Below, in pieces: positions 16,654 through 26,434 of a DNA stretch of 32,000 nucleotides. The number at the start of each line of letters is the position of its first letter. Position 1 is the first letter of the stretch. The position numbers and the translations under genes were made by a program. The notes below the pieces were generated by a model. The model did no database searches. It saw only the letters and a program-made list of their open reading frames with translations, and was not told the origin of the DNA. The stretch is from an uncultured archaeon (lineage in GTDB: Archaea; Micrarchaeota; Micrarchaeia; Micrarchaeales; CABMGC01): the NCBI GenBank assembly GCA_963704435.1, contig OY969902.1, positions 120,001 through 152,000 of the forward strand. The letters run 5' to 3'.

Positions 16654-17883
16654 ATGGCGAAGCAAGTGGCAGGAGGAAAGACATACCTGGTCTTCATAGA
16701 CCACAGGTTCGACAGAATTGTCGGGGAAAATCTAAGGTCCGCCTTTCCGGAATGCGCGCTCGAGCCGTACGCGATCAACAACAGCGGCAGCAGGGATACC
16801 GTCTTGTTCAAGCTGGAAGCAGAGGGAGACGGGGAGGGCATGGCGAAGAGGATCAGGGGAGCCGCCCTGCCGTTCATCGATTTCGTGATGTCCGTGGATG
16901 CGGTCATAGAGATGGGCGCGGCGCTCGATTACAGGAAGCTGGAGGATGCGCTCTCTAGGGTCCTAGACGGCTGCAAACGCCCGTCGTTCAGGATAGAGGT
17001 GAGGAAGGTGGGCTACGTGGCCTACGAGGCAGCTAAATCGATCGAGGTCAGGCTGGGCAGGGACCTAGAGGAAAGAGGATACGCTGCGAACCTCAGGACT
17101 CCTGAAGTACTGCTATATGCCGTGCTGCTAGACTCATCGGCGGCGATAGGGCACAGCGACGCTGGGGTGCATGAGGATCGTATACTGGACCCGTTCAGGC
17201 AGACTGACGGGAAAGGCGGAGGTAGGCTCAATAGGGCGGAATTCAAGATAGAGGAGGCGGTGGAATTCTTCGGGATAGACCTAAGCACCCGCAAGAGAGG
17301 GCTGGACATAGGCGCGGCGCCAGGAGGCTGGGCCCGCTACCTGTCCCGTAACGGGATCAGGGTCGTCGCGGTGGACAACGGGCTCCTGGACTACGGAAGA
17401 CTGAGCGAGGGCAAGAGGATCCTAGTCCTGGCAGACGATGCGGATGCGTTGCGGATCCGAAAGAGTATATCAGACGCGGGCTTGAGCGGGAGCGTTTCGG
17501 TAGGGAATATCGAGGACCGGGTCGCGGAAGCGGATGGCTATGACATAATCCACATCAAGGCGAACATCGGACAGGAAAGGGTAACTGAATTGCTAAGGGA
17601 ACTGGGCGGGTTCGACCTCCTGACCATAGACACGAACAGGTCGCCTTCTGAAAGCGCCTCTGTCGCCAATTCCATGGCGGGGCTGCTGAATCCGGGGGCT
17701 GCGCTGGTCATGACGGTAAAGCTGAAGACGAGGAAATTTGGCGAGCATGTCTCCACGGCCGAGACCGAGCTCTCCAGGAATTATGTGTCACTGCGCCTGA
17801 AGAAGCTGCCGCACAATAGGAGGGAGCTCACGGCTTACGGGATAGTCGAGAATCAGTCTGGTAAGAAGGCGTCATCTCTATAG
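16654..17883 (+). CDS. THUMP-like + FtsJ/RlmM-like SAM-dependent RNA methyltransferase
   Basis: 409 aa; GLDIGAAPGGWARYLSRNGIRVVAVDNG Rossmann motif, MTVKLK; N-terminal FRIEVRKVG...IEVRLGRDLEERGYAANLRTPEVLLYAVLL is THUMP-like. Confidence 0.8.
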   Translation: MAKQVAGGKTYLVFIDHRFDRIVGENLRSAFPECALEPYAINNSGSRDTVLFKLEAEGDGEGMAKRIRGAALPFIDFVMSVDAVIEMGAALDYRKLEDALSRVLDGCKRPSFRIEVRKVGYVAYEAAKSIEVRLGRDLEERGYAANLRTPEVLLYAVLLDSSAAIGHSDAGVHEDRILDPFRQTDGKGGGRLNRAEFKIEEAVEFFGIDLSTRKRGLDIGAAPGGWARYLSRNGIRVVAVDNGLLDYGRLSEGKRILVLADDADALRIRKSISDAGLSGSVSVGNIEDRVAEADGYDIIHIKANIGQERVTELLRELGGFDLLTIDTNRSPSESASVANSMAGLLNPGAALVMTVKLKTRKFGEHVSTAETELSRNYVSLRLKKLPHNRRELTAYGIVENQSGKKASSL

Positions 17884-18504
17884 GCTGCGCAGAAAATCTT
17901 CTTGATTCACTAGCGGGGTGCCCTCTTTCATGTTGTTAGAGACCCAGAAAATTGCACCGTCATCCAGTTGGAGGTCGCCTTCCTTAGCGCCATAAATGCT
18001 GCCGTGACGCATCACCTGAGGCAGCTTATCGGGCTGCGCTACTGGCACCGTAAAAATTTTGCCGTCCTTCCCCCTCTGTATTACGCTTACAGATTCAGAA
18101 TCTCCTTTCTTGCTGTAGTGCAGCATTCCGCGGTATACGGCGGATACCCCGTCTATATTGCCCCTCTCCACAGAGAATATGAACATCGAGATCCCCAAGA
18201 CGCGGTCTCCATTCTCGTGTTCGGTCAGCTTAGCGTTGTAGTGGACTGTCCTGTTTTGTAGGAACAGTTCCTCTGACCTGTCGCGGTCGAGCGCCGGATG
18301 GGACCCGAGAAGCGAACGCAGGTTGAACACATAGCTGTTTGCCAGCCTTTCTTTCGCGGCCCTGCTGGCATAGGTCAACTTTAATGCGGCATTCTTACCC
18401 GTCTCAGTCAGCTTTGCAGGACTTAGAGCGTCCGCAAGCCGCTGCGTCAGATGCGGTTGCGTTTGCGCATCCGCGGTCTTCTGAATCACTACGTCGTCAC
18501 TCAT
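17878..18504 (-). CDS. Hypothetical protein, 208 aa
   Basis: ATG ORF with TATA-like gtttaaatatg ~25 nt upstream. Confidence 0.65.
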   Translation of the reverse strand: MSDDVVIQKTADAQTQPHLTQRLADALSPAKLTETGKNAALKLTYASRAAKERLANSYVFNLRSLLGSHPALDRDRSEELFLQNRTVHYNAKLTEHENGDRVLGISMFIFSVERGNIDGVSAVYRGMLHYSKKGDSESVSVIQRGKDGKIFTVPVAQPDKLPQVMRHGSIYGAKEGDLQLDDGAIFWVSNNMKEGTPLVNQEDFLRSL

Positions 18505-18565
18505 GTTTTCCTTTTGCCGTCAGACATATTTAAACATTGTTGAAGAATTCGGATAGGGGCCGCAA

Positions 18566-20047
18566 TTACATGTAGCTCATAGGGTCCTTGCCTTTCCACA
18601 GGCCCAGCCTGGTGTGGAGCCACGGAGAGGTATTAAGTCCGCCCTTCTCCGCTTCCTTGTCGATCGTATCAAGAATTTTCTTAGAAACGCTGCCTGGCTT
18701 TCCGTACAGCTGCCTCTTATGCGTCGCGGCGGATCCGCCCTCCCTGTACGCGCTCTTCATTACTTCCTCCATCCATGCGCTGCTCGCCGGTGGTACCAGG
18801 ACGTTTGACTTCGCGGTGAACACCGTCTCGGGGCGCTCGGTGCTGAATCTCGCGGTGAAAGAGAGCACTTTCGGGAAGTAAAGCAGCTCCTCCTGGAGCG
18901 ACCCGGAATCAGTAAGCGCGGCCCGGCACTTGCCGCTATCGAGGAATTCCAAGACGTTCCCCCACTCCTGCCAGAGAGGGGTCATTACGAAGCGGTCCGG
19001 ATGCCTTTCCGCAAGCAGCCTCAGCCTCGAGCGCAGGCCGTACTGGTCTACCGCCGCATTGGTGGCGTTCATCATTACCATCGTTACCTTCTGGCCTCCA
19101 TCAACGAGGCGCTCTACAGCGCCGATTATCGAAGTGAAGCGCCTTTCAGTAAGGTTCTCCCTGCGGTGTATGTCTACGCGCAACCAATCCCCTGACTCGA
19201 GAGCGGGATAAATCTCGAATATGCTTCTAGAAGGCCTCTCCTTCCTGCGAATCTGGAGCGCGTCTGTCACCGAATTGCCAACCACTGCTATCGATTCGTC
19301 AGGATAGCCCTCCCTGAGCAGGTGCCTCCGGTTCAGTTCGACCGGAGCGAAGAAGTAACCCGTTGCAGCCGAGCATATCCAAGTATCTATCTGTTCGGGA
19401 AACGGCTCCTCCCTTGCGATGAACCATTTCCCCTCGAACTGGTCTTGCACGAAGCGCTCTGCAGTGGCCCTTGAGGGAGCCTTGTCGGCGCTTATCCTGC
19501 GCATCGCTTCGGGGCACATCGCCCTCAGCCCGGCCTCGTTCTGCGCTACCTTCTGGCCGATTCCGAAAGTCCACGCCAGCGAAGCGATCCCGGCGACGAG
19601 CGTATCTCCGTGCACTATCGGAAGGATTTCGACAGATTCGCCGTAGGTCTTCTTGAAGTACCTGCCGAATCCGCCGAACTTCAGGAATATCTCGCTCGCC
19701 TTCTCGACGAGGTTTCCCCTTATGTTGAGGCTGCACGCTATGAACGGTTCCATGCTGAATTCCTTTATCCCGAATCCGAGCAGGTCATCGAAATGCTGGC
19801 CGGTGTTTATCACGACCAGGGGATAGCGCCTTGAAGCGGCCTCGAGCACGAGGGGCGCCTGCTTGTAGAAATCGGGCTTCGTGCCTATCACGACCGCGAT
19901 TATCGGCTTCCCCTGCTCCTTCGAATCGCGCACCGCCTTGTCAAGCGCATCGACGCGCACATCGACGGGAAGCATCGCATTTGAGAAACTGAGCTTGACG
20001 GATTTCCCTTCATGGGAGTTGGTTTCGCGCGCCTTGCTGCCAGCCAT
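18566..20047 (-). CDS. UDP-N-acetylglucosamine 2-epimerase-like protein (WecB family)
   Basis: AVVIGTKPDFYKQAPLV, INTGQHFDD, LPIVHGDTLVA, GNSVTDAL, ALTDSGSLQEE. Start 20047 preferred over GTG 20068 because the TATA-like sequence (20070-20080) is too close to 20068. Confidence 0.88.
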   Translation of the reverse strand: MAGSKARETNSHEGKSVKLSFSNAMLPVDVRVDALDKAVRDSKEQGKPIIAVVIGTKPDFYKQAPLVLEAASRRYPLVVINTGQHFDDLLGFGIKEFSMEPFIACSLNIRGNLVEKASEIFLKFGGFGRYFKKTYGESVEILPIVHGDTLVAGIASLAWTFGIGQKVAQNEAGLRAMCPEAMRRISADKAPSRATAERFVQDQFEGKWFIAREEPFPEQIDTWICSAATGYFFAPVELNRRHLLREGYPDESIAVVGNSVTDALQIRRKERPSRSIFEIYPALESGDWLRVDIHRRENLTERRFTSIIGAVERLVDGGQKVTMVMMNATNAAVDQYGLRSRLRLLAERHPDRFVMTPLWQEWGNVLEFLDSGKCRAALTDSGSLQEELLYFPKVLSFTARFSTERPETVFTAKSNVLVPPASSAWMEEVMKSAYREGGSAATHKRQLYGKPGSVSKKILDTIDKEAEKGGLNTSPWLHTRLGLWKGKDPMSYM

Positions 20048-20186
20048 CAGTGGGATTTGCACATCCACATATAAATATTGATTCTCTGCGTCAAACTGCG
20101 GAACCAGAACCGCGATTGTATTTCAGTATAGACTATTTTCGCTGAGTGCTATAAATTCTGCCGTGCGATATAAGGAGGGGCATTTT

Positions 20187-21218
20187 ATGGTGGTCATCGG
20201 GCTTACCGGAGAGAACTGCTCCGGCAAGGGGACCTTCGCGGAATACCTCGTTACGACGGGGTTCCGCTACGCGTCCCTCTCGGACGTGCTGCGCGAGGAA
20301 CTCTCCGCGGAGGGTAGGGAGGTAACGCGCGAGGCGCTGATAGAGAAGGGCAACGAGCTCAGGAGGGAGGCGGGACCTGGCGTGCTGGCCAAGAGGACGA
20401 TGCTCAAGATGAAGGGCGCGACGAACTGCGTCATAGACTCGGTAAGGAACCCCAGCGAGGTCGAGGAGCTCAGGAAGGAGAAGGGCTTCACGCTCGTATA
20501 CGTGACCGCTAAGCCGGTGACCAGGTTCGAGCGGATGAGGAAGAGGGACAGGGAGGGGGACCCGAAGACCCTGGAAGCGTTCATGGAGATGGACAAGAGG
20601 GAGATGTCCTCCTCTGACCCGACGCACCAGCAGCTGCTCGCGACCTTCGAGATGGCCGACAAGCGGATGGAGAACGACTCCGACCTGCAGCACTACCACG
20701 ATGGGATAGACGCGCTCGTCGGAGCGCTGGAGGGGGAGCGGTCCCTCAGGCCGTCGTGGGACGAGTACTTCCTTGAGATAGCGAAGATGGTCGGCGCCAG
20801 GGGCACGTGCGACAGGGGAAGGAACGGCGCGGTACTGACGAGGGACAGGAGGATAATCTCGACCGGATATGTCGGTTCTCCGAGAGGGCTGCCGCACTGC
20901 GACGAGGCCGGACACCTGATGAGCGACGTGCTGAACCCCGACGGGACCGTATCGAAGCACTGCGTGCGCACCACTCACGCTGAGCAGAACGCGATAGTGC
21001 AGGCTGCGCTGCACGGCGTATCGACCGAGGGATCCACGCTTTACGTCAGGTTCGAGCCGTGCTTCACGTGCGCGAAGATGCTGATCAACGCGGGGGTGAG
21101 GCGGGTCGTCTGCCAGAGGAAGTACCACGCGGGCGAGATGAGCAGGGAGTTCTTCAGGGATGCGGGGGTCGAGCTGGTCTACGTCGAGGACAAGGTCGAG
21201 GAGTATCCCGACCAGTAG
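20187..21218 (+). CDS. Fusion: N-terminal P-loop (d)NMP kinase-like domain + C-terminal dCMP deaminase domain
   Basis: 343 aa; GLTGENCSGKGTFAEYL Walker A; HAEQNAI and PCFTCAKMLINAGV zinc motifs; Shine-Dalgarno aaggagggg just upstream of ATG 20187. Confidence 0.9.
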   Translation: MVVIGLTGENCSGKGTFAEYLVTTGFRYASLSDVLREELSAEGREVTREALIEKGNELRREAGPGVLAKRTMLKMKGATNCVIDSVRNPSEVEELRKEKGFTLVYVTAKPVTRFERMRKRDREGDPKTLEAFMEMDKREMSSSDPTHQQLLATFEMADKRMENDSDLQHYHDGIDALVGALEGERSLRPSWDEYFLEIAKMVGARGTCDRGRNGAVLTRDRRIISTGYVGSPRGLPHCDEAGHLMSDVLNPDGTVSKHCVRTTHAEQNAIVQAALHGVSTEGSTLYVRFEPCFTCAKMLINAGVRRVVCQRKYHAGEMSREFFRDAGVELVYVEDKVEEYPDQ

Positions 21219-21238
21219 GCCGAGAACGGGGTGGTTCG

Positions 21239-21745
21239 ATGCCGAAAGGAAATAACGTGGAAGTGTTCATAGAAATCCCGAAGGGCGATGACAGAAGGAG
21301 GCATCTCAGCCACGACAAGAAAGAAATGCTGGACCTGGGGCCTACGAAGAACGTGATACCTGTAAGTGACGGGGTAATGCCCATCGCATATGGTTTCATA
21401 ATAGGAACTCTTCAAAGGGACGAGGCGTCCAAGAACCCGAACGAAATACCTGATGAGGTCGACGTTCTCGTTTATTCGAGAAACAGCTTCAGTGTTGGTG
21501 AAACGCTAACTGCCGTCCCCATAGCTTTCATTACCCGTGGGGACGGGGACCACAAGGTCGTGGCCGTGGATTCCACCACGAGCGGGCAGATAAAGGAATG
21601 GGAAGACATACCCAAGAAGGAGAGGGATTTGATAACCAAGTTCTTCGGCTACAAGTATCCTATAGAATCCATAGAAGGCGCTAAGGAAGCGATTGATTAC
21701 ATAAACAAGAATCGCGTAAATAAGCGGGAGAAGAACCGCTCCTGA
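21239..21745 (+). CDS. Divergent inorganic pyrophosphatase (family I)-like protein
   Basis: 168 aa; VFIEIPKG, MPIAYGFIIGTL, DEVDVLV, HKVVAVD, KEWEDIPKKERDLITKFF; metal-binding region is altered. Confidence 0.72.
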   Translation: MPKGNNVEVFIEIPKGDDRRRHLSHDKKEMLDLGPTKNVIPVSDGVMPIAYGFIIGTLQRDEASKNPNEIPDEVDVLVYSRNSFSVGETLTAVPIAFITRGDGDHKVVAVDSTTSGQIKEWEDIPKKERDLITKFFGYKYPIESIEGAKEAIDYINKNRVNKREKNRS

Positions 21746-21792
21746 AACCGCAGTTGACTAACCTTTTTATCCTTGAGCATTTCAGATGAAGC

Positions 21793-23355
21793 ATGAATTT
21801 CGCGCTCCAGCTCGTCGTTGACCTGCTCTACTCCTGGGGAAGGATGCTTGTAGCGCTCGGGCTCTCCATAGTCTTCAGCGTGTTCGTCGGAATAGCTGCC
21901 GCGACGAGCAAGCGCGCCGAGGCGGTGGTGCTGCCCGCGATCGACGTGCTGCAGACCGTTCCGATACTCGCCTTCTTCCCAGTCGTGATATACCTGATTG
22001 CGCCACTCGGCTACATAGGGCTCAACGCCGCGGTGGTCCTGCTCATCTTCACCAGCATGGCCTGGAATATAACCTTCGGGGTGTACGAGGCGGTTAAGTC
22101 GATACCCGCGGACATGCTGGAGATAGCGAGGATAAGCCACCTGTCTAAGTTCCAGATGATAAGGAGCATCTATGCGCCCGCCGCGATGCCCAGGATAGCC
22201 TACCAGTCCTCGCTGTCGTGGTCGATAGGGCTCTTCTACCTGGTGACGAGCGAGATCTTCTCTGCCGGCAGCAAGAACTTCGCCGTGACCTACGGCATCG
22301 GCGTCGAGATCGCGCGGCTGGTCGTGACGCACAACCCGACGATGTACGCGGTAGCGCTGCTCTTCCTCGCGGCCGCGGTGGTCCTAACGTGGGTGCTCCT
22401 GTTCAGGCCGCTCGCGGCATATGCGGAGAGGTTCTCGTTCAGGGAGGAGCAGAGGCCTGCCAAGTACTCCAGGCTCATAGCTGCCTATTCAGGCATCGGG
22501 AGGTTCGTGGAGAAGATCATACCCGAGCCCAGGCCAAGGGAGACCGCGAGGGTTGTCGAACGGGTGCAGAGGCCCCGGCCCGCGCACGTCGCAGAGAGGA
22601 GGCCGGTATCGGGCGCAGTCAGCGCCGCGATAGTGCTGGGCCTCGTGGCCCTGTCCGCCGCGGCGGTGGTCGCCTGGAACGAGTACTCCTTCGTCCCGAC
22701 GCTGCTCGAGGCGATGGCCTTCTCGTTCGCCAGGGTGTGGGGCATCTACCTCGTTTGCGTCGCGATAGCCGTGCCGCTCGGTATAATGATAGCGAAGTCG
22801 TCGAGGGCCTACAGCCCGATGCTCGGCGGCCTGCAGGTGATCGCTTCGATACCCGCTACCGTGCTGCTCCCCGCGATAGTCGCCCTGCTGTTCCTGCTGC
22901 CGTTCGGGAACGAGCTGACCGCGCTGGCGATAATCTTCCTTGCGATGATATGGTACCTTCTGTTCAGCGTAATAGCCGGGATGAGGACCATACCCGAGCA
23001 GTTCGGCGAGCTCCTCAGGATATTCGGCACAGACTGGGTCAGCGCGTGGCGCGAGGTCTACATACCCGCGATACTGCCGTCGCTTGTGACGGGGTCCATA
23101 ACCGCGATAGGCGGGGCGTGGAACGCGCTGATAGTCGCGGAGTACTTCAGCATCCAGTCGGGCGGGAGCACGGTGGTGCTGACGCAGGTGGGCAGCGGGC
23201 TGGGAAAGCTTCTGGACACCGCGACGTTCAACGGCAACTTCGTCCAGATGTTCCTCGCGCTCGCGGCGATGGTGGCGATGGTCATGGTCATAAACAAGCT
23301 CGTGTGGCAGAGGCTATATAGGGATGTTACGCGGAAGTACAAGATCGAGGTCTAG
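21793..23355 (+). CDS. ABC transporter permease, two fused inner-membrane domains (nitrate/sulfonate/taurine-type)
   Basis: 520 aa; two copies of the membrane domain with ...[26 protein letters not shown]. Confidence 0.9.
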   Translation: MNFALQLVVDLLYSWGRMLVALGLSIVFSVFVGIAAATSKRAEAVVLPAIDVLQTVPILAFFPVVIYLIAPLGYIGLNAAVVLLIFTSMAWNITFGVYEAVKSIPADMLEIARISHLSKFQMIRSIYAPAAMPRIAYQSSLSWSIGLFYLVTSEIFSAGSKNFAVTYGIGVEIARLVVTHNPTMYAVALLFLAAAVVLTWVLLFRPLAAYAERFSFREEQRPAKYSRLIAAYSGIGRFVEKIIPEPRPRETARVVERVQRPRPAHVAERRPVSGAVSAAIVLGLVALSAAAVVAWNEYSFVPTLLEAMAFSFARVWGIYLVCVAIAVPLGIMIAKSSRAYSPMLGGLQVIASIPATVLLPAIVALLFLLPFGNELTALAIIFLAMIWYLLFSVIAGMRTIPEQFGELLRIFGTDWVSAWREVYIPAILPSLVTGSITAIGGAWNALIVAEYFSIQSGGSTVVLTQVGSGLGKLLDTATFNGNFVQMFLALAAMVAMVMVINKLVWQRLYRDVTRKYKIEV

Positions 23356-23363
23356 GTGGTGTT

Positions 23364-24140
23364 TTGCCGAAAGGGAAGGACATAGCGGAGATCGAGAAGG
23401 TGTCGCTGACCTACGAGGTCGAGGGCGGCAAGGGGCTGAAGGTGATGGACCGGCTCAGCTTCGGCGTGCGCGACGGGGAGTTCCTCTCCATAATCGGGCC
23501 CTCCGGCTGCGGCAAGTCCTCGCTGATAAGGATGATCATAGGCCTGCAGGAGCCCACGTCCGGCGGGATAACCTTCGAGGGAAGGAGGGTGAGCTCTCCG
23601 CCAGGGGGCATGTCGCTCATATTCCAGAACATAGCGCTCATACCCTGGAAGACAGCTCTCGAGAACGTCGAGTTCTCGATAGAGAACAGGGCCATGGCGC
23701 AGGACGAGGTCAGGAGGAAGAGCGCGGAGATGCTTAAGATCGTCGGGCTGGGCGGGTTCGAGGACTCGTACCCTAGCGAGCTCAGCGGCGGGATGCGGCA
23801 GAGGGTCGGAGTCGCGAGGGCGCTCGTGTCCGATCCGGAGCTTCTGCTTATGGACGAGCCGTTCAGTTCGCTGGACGAGCTCACGGCAGAGCAGCTCAGG
23901 GGAGAGGTGAAGTCCATACTCAAGGACAAGAGGCTGCCTCTGAAGTCGGTGATACTCGTGAGCCACAACGTCGATGAGGTGGTCGAGATGTCCGACAGGA
24001 TAATCGTGCTTTCGAAGGCGCCGTCCCGCATAGTGGACACCATAACGGTCGGGCTGGGCTATCCGAGGGACAGGCACTCGAAGGCGGTCGGCGCGATAAC
24101 CGACAGGATATTCAGGGACCTCCGCACCGCGGAAGCCTAG
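23364..24140 (+). CDS. ABC transporter ATP-binding protein (SsuB/TauB/NrtD-like)
   Basis: 258 aa; [52 protein letters not shown]. Confidence 0.95.
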   Translation: MPKGKDIAEIEKVSLTYEVEGGKGLKVMDRLSFGVRDGEFLSIIGPSGCGKSSLIRMIIGLQEPTSGGITFEGRRVSSPPGGMSLIFQNIALIPWKTALENVEFSIENRAMAQDEVRRKSAEMLKIVGLGGFEDSYPSELSGGMRQRVGVARALVSDPELLLMDEPFSSLDELTAEQLRGEVKSILKDKRLPLKSVILVSHNVDEVVEMSDRIIVLSKAPSRIVDTITVGLGYPRDRHSKAVGAITDRIFRDLRTAEA

Positions 24141-24203
24141 TTCGGAAGCGCGGAAGAAAGGAATATTAGGTTTTTCGGTGCCAATACCATCAAGGGGGTA
24201 AGA

Positions 24204-24620
24204 ATGGCAAAAGCAAACATTACGGGAACGGTGGAACAGGTACTTTACGGCAGTGATCACAGCACAAGAGGCAATGCAAATGACGTGTCGGCAGCCAGAA
24301 TCTCGCTGTCTCAAGTATCAGAAGAGGGTAAGAAAGTGGAAATAACCCTCTTCTATGATCAGGATGGCAAGACGCAGGCAATATTGACTTTCGACATAAT
24401 ATCCTTGGGAAAGACACGCACCAAAAACTTGTTTGATGACTTGCAACCGGAAAATGTTAAAGTCGGAGCACTTAAAGTGGAAACTGCAAATGCGCTTAAC
24501 AAAGCTTGGGATCTGAAGAACCTTGACTTGGCATTTGGAGTTAAGGAAACCCAGAGAACGGGCGACCAGCAGGGGAGTGCGCATCCAATAAAAATCGGCG
24601 GTGGCGTTATCCTAATCTAA
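24204..24620 (+). CDS. Hypothetical protein, 138 aa
   Basis: Good ORF with downstream intergenic space; no recognised motif. Confidence 0.6.
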   Translation: MAKANITGTVEQVLYGSDHSTRGNANDVSAARISLSQVSEEGKKVEITLFYDQDGKTQAILTFDIISLGKTRTKNLFDDLQPENVKVGALKVETANALNKAWDLKNLDLAFGVKETQRTGDQQGSAHPIKIGGGVILI

Positions 24621-24663
24621 GTGATTATCCCTGGCTCCCAGAATAAAAGCAGAGGAGGGCGAA

Positions 24664-25065
24664 TTACTTCTTGCGCTGCCTGACCTTCCTCATGCTCATT
24701 ATCACGGCCGCTGCCGAGACGACGGCGAGAACCAGCATCACCGCGAACGACGCGGTCCAATGGCTCCTGATGTCATTATACTGCACGCGCGCGGAATCGA
24801 CCGCCTCGTTGGCGTAGAGCACAGCCGCGTCCGGCGACTTGTTGTAAATCCCGGATGCCTGGTTTAGGTATCCGTAAGCCTGCGTCAAGTTCGGATAGAA
24901 GATAAGGTAGCCGCTCTGGTTCACCATGTCGACGTACGCCTGCGCCCCGTTTATTATGCCGTTGGCGCTGGACGGGGTGTAGCCCGTGGAGTTGAACTGC
25001 TGCGCTCCCGCGGCTGCCGTAAGCAGCGCGATCGCGAGCAGGGGTATCCAGGGCTGCGGCCTCAT
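24664..25065 (-). CDS. Small exported/membrane-anchored protein (signal peptide + C-terminal TM)
   Basis: 133 aa; MRPQPWIPLLAIALLTAAAGAQQ signal-like N terminus, C-terminal FAVMLVLAVVSAAAVIMSMRKVRQRKK. Confidence 0.7.
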   Translation of the reverse strand: MRPQPWIPLLAIALLTAAAGAQQFNSTGYTPSSANGIINGAQAYVDMVNQSGYLIFYPNLTQAYGYLNQASGIYNKSPDAAVLYANEAVDSARVQYNDIRSHWTASFAVMLVLAVVSAAAVIMSMRKVRQRKK

Positions 25066-25072
25066 CGGACCA

Positions 25073-26281
25073 CTACAGGTTCACGTCTATGGCGAGCTCC
25101 TTCTTGAGCTCCCTGTACCTGTTCCTTATGGTGACCTCGGTCACTCCCGCGACCTCGGCCACCTCCTTCTGCGTCCTGCGCTCGCCTACGAGCGCGCTTG
25201 CGATGTAGACGGCCGCGGCGGAGACTCCGGTCGGGCTCCTCCCGCTCACCAGGCCCCTCTTCATCGCCTGCTTCAGCAGCAGCGTGGACTTCTCCTGCGC
25301 CTCACCGCTGAGCTTAAGCGCGGCCACGTACCTGGGCACGTAGCTTATCGGGTCGGTCAGCGGTATCTTCAGGTGGAGCTCGTGGGCTATGACCCTGTAG
25401 GTCCTGCCTATCTCCTTCTTCGGAACGCCGGATATCTGCGATATCTCGTCCAGCGTCCTCGGCATTCCCGCCTGCCTGCACGTCGCGTACAGCGCGGCGT
25501 TGACCACGGTCTCGATGGGCCTGCCCCTTATCAGGTTGTTCTTGACGCACGACCTGTACAGCAGTGCGGCGCTCTCCCTGACGTTGTCAGGAAGGCCTAG
25601 GTAGCTTGCGACCCTGTTGAGCTCGGGCAGCGCGACGAGGTAGTTCCTCTCGCTGGAGCTCGCTATGCTCGCCCTCTTGTGCCACTTCCTTATCCTGTAC
25701 AGCTGGGCCTGCCTCTTCGATGGCAGTTTCGCGCCCCTTATGTCCTTGTTGTACATGTCGATCTCTGTGACCAGGCCCTTGTTCGGCTTCATGTACTTGA
25801 TCGGAGCGCCGGTCCTGGCCCTTGCATTCCTCTGCTCGGAGTCGAACGCCCTCCACTCTGGCCCGGTATCCGTGACGTTCTCCTCTATGACCAGGCCGCA
25901 GTTGTTGCAGATGTATTCGCCCCTCTCGCCGTCGAATATGATGTCGCCGCTTCCGCAGCTCGGGCAGCGCTTCACGCTCCCTATGACCTTCGGCCCCTCC
26001 TCGCCGTGGACTATGCCTATGTCAGCGCCGGCCTCCTTGTCCAGCACGTGCGCGTGCCTCTCGACCGCTATCTCGGCCGGACCGGAAATCGGCGCATGTA
26101 CTGCGGCAGGCGCCCTTGCCGCGGGAGCCCTGATGGTGCGCACAGCGGACACGTTCTGGGTGTGCCTCGCATTGGCATGCGCAGCCTTCCTGGCCTTCGC
26201 CTTGGCTGGCTTCCTCGCGGCTTTCTTAGCGACAGTCTTCTTGGCCTTCTTTGCAGTTCTCTTACGATCCTTACTCGCCAT
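25073..26281 (-). CDS. tfb: Transcription initiation factor IIB (TFB) with a ~100-aa Lys/Ala-rich N-terminal extension
   Basis: Zinc ribbon CPSCGSGDIIFDGERGEYICNNCGLVIEE, B-finger, and two cyclin repeats (SPTGVSAAAVYIAS). Confidence 0.96.
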   Translation of the reverse strand: MASKDRKRTAKKAKKTVAKKAARKPAKAKARKAAHANARHTQNVSAVRTIRAPAARAPAAVHAPISGPAEIAVERHAHVLDKEAGADIGIVHGEEGPKVIGSVKRCPSCGSGDIIFDGERGEYICNNCGLVIEENVTDTGPEWRAFDSEQRNARARTGAPIKYMKPNKGLVTEIDMYNKDIRGAKLPSKRQAQLYRIRKWHKRASIASSSERNYLVALPELNRVASYLGLPDNVRESAALLYRSCVKNNLIRGRPIETVVNAALYATCRQAGMPRTLDEISQISGVPKKEIGRTYRVIAHELHLKIPLTDPISYVPRYVAALKLSGEAQEKSTLLLKQAMKRGLVSGRSPTGVSAAAVYIASALVGERRTQKEVAEVAGVTEVTIRNRYRELKKELAIDVNL

Positions 26282-26434
26282 TCTAATCAACCTTGTTTTT
26301 CGTCTAAAATATAAGATAGTCTTTTAAATTTTGCTAAAAAGAGTAATTAATTTAGTGATTAAATAGATATTTAAACCTTTCGTTGGGGCTTCCGCCCACG
26401 GGAGGGCCGGACTGAAACAATCCTGCCGTAGATT

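Noticed and set aside
19299-19736. Minus-strand ORF of 145 aa inside the epimerase gene
   Set aside because: Alternative-frame shadow of a confidently identified WecB-like gene.
20133-21128. Minus-strand ORF of 331 aa
   Set aside because: Antisense to the kinase-like/dCMP deaminase gene and lacking any domain signature.
20187-21218. Calling the deaminase fusion an AvcD antiphage system
   Set aside because: Size and context do not establish it, and fused or stand-alone dCMP deaminases can be housekeeping; kept only as a hypothesis to test.
22218-23321. Large plus-strand ORF of 367 aa
   Set aside because: Overlaps the convincing ABC permease in another frame; Arg-rich shadow ORF typical of high GC sequence.
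23352-24314. Minus-strand ORF of 320 aa
   Set aside because: Antisense to the clearly identified ABC ATPase; low-complexity shadow composition.
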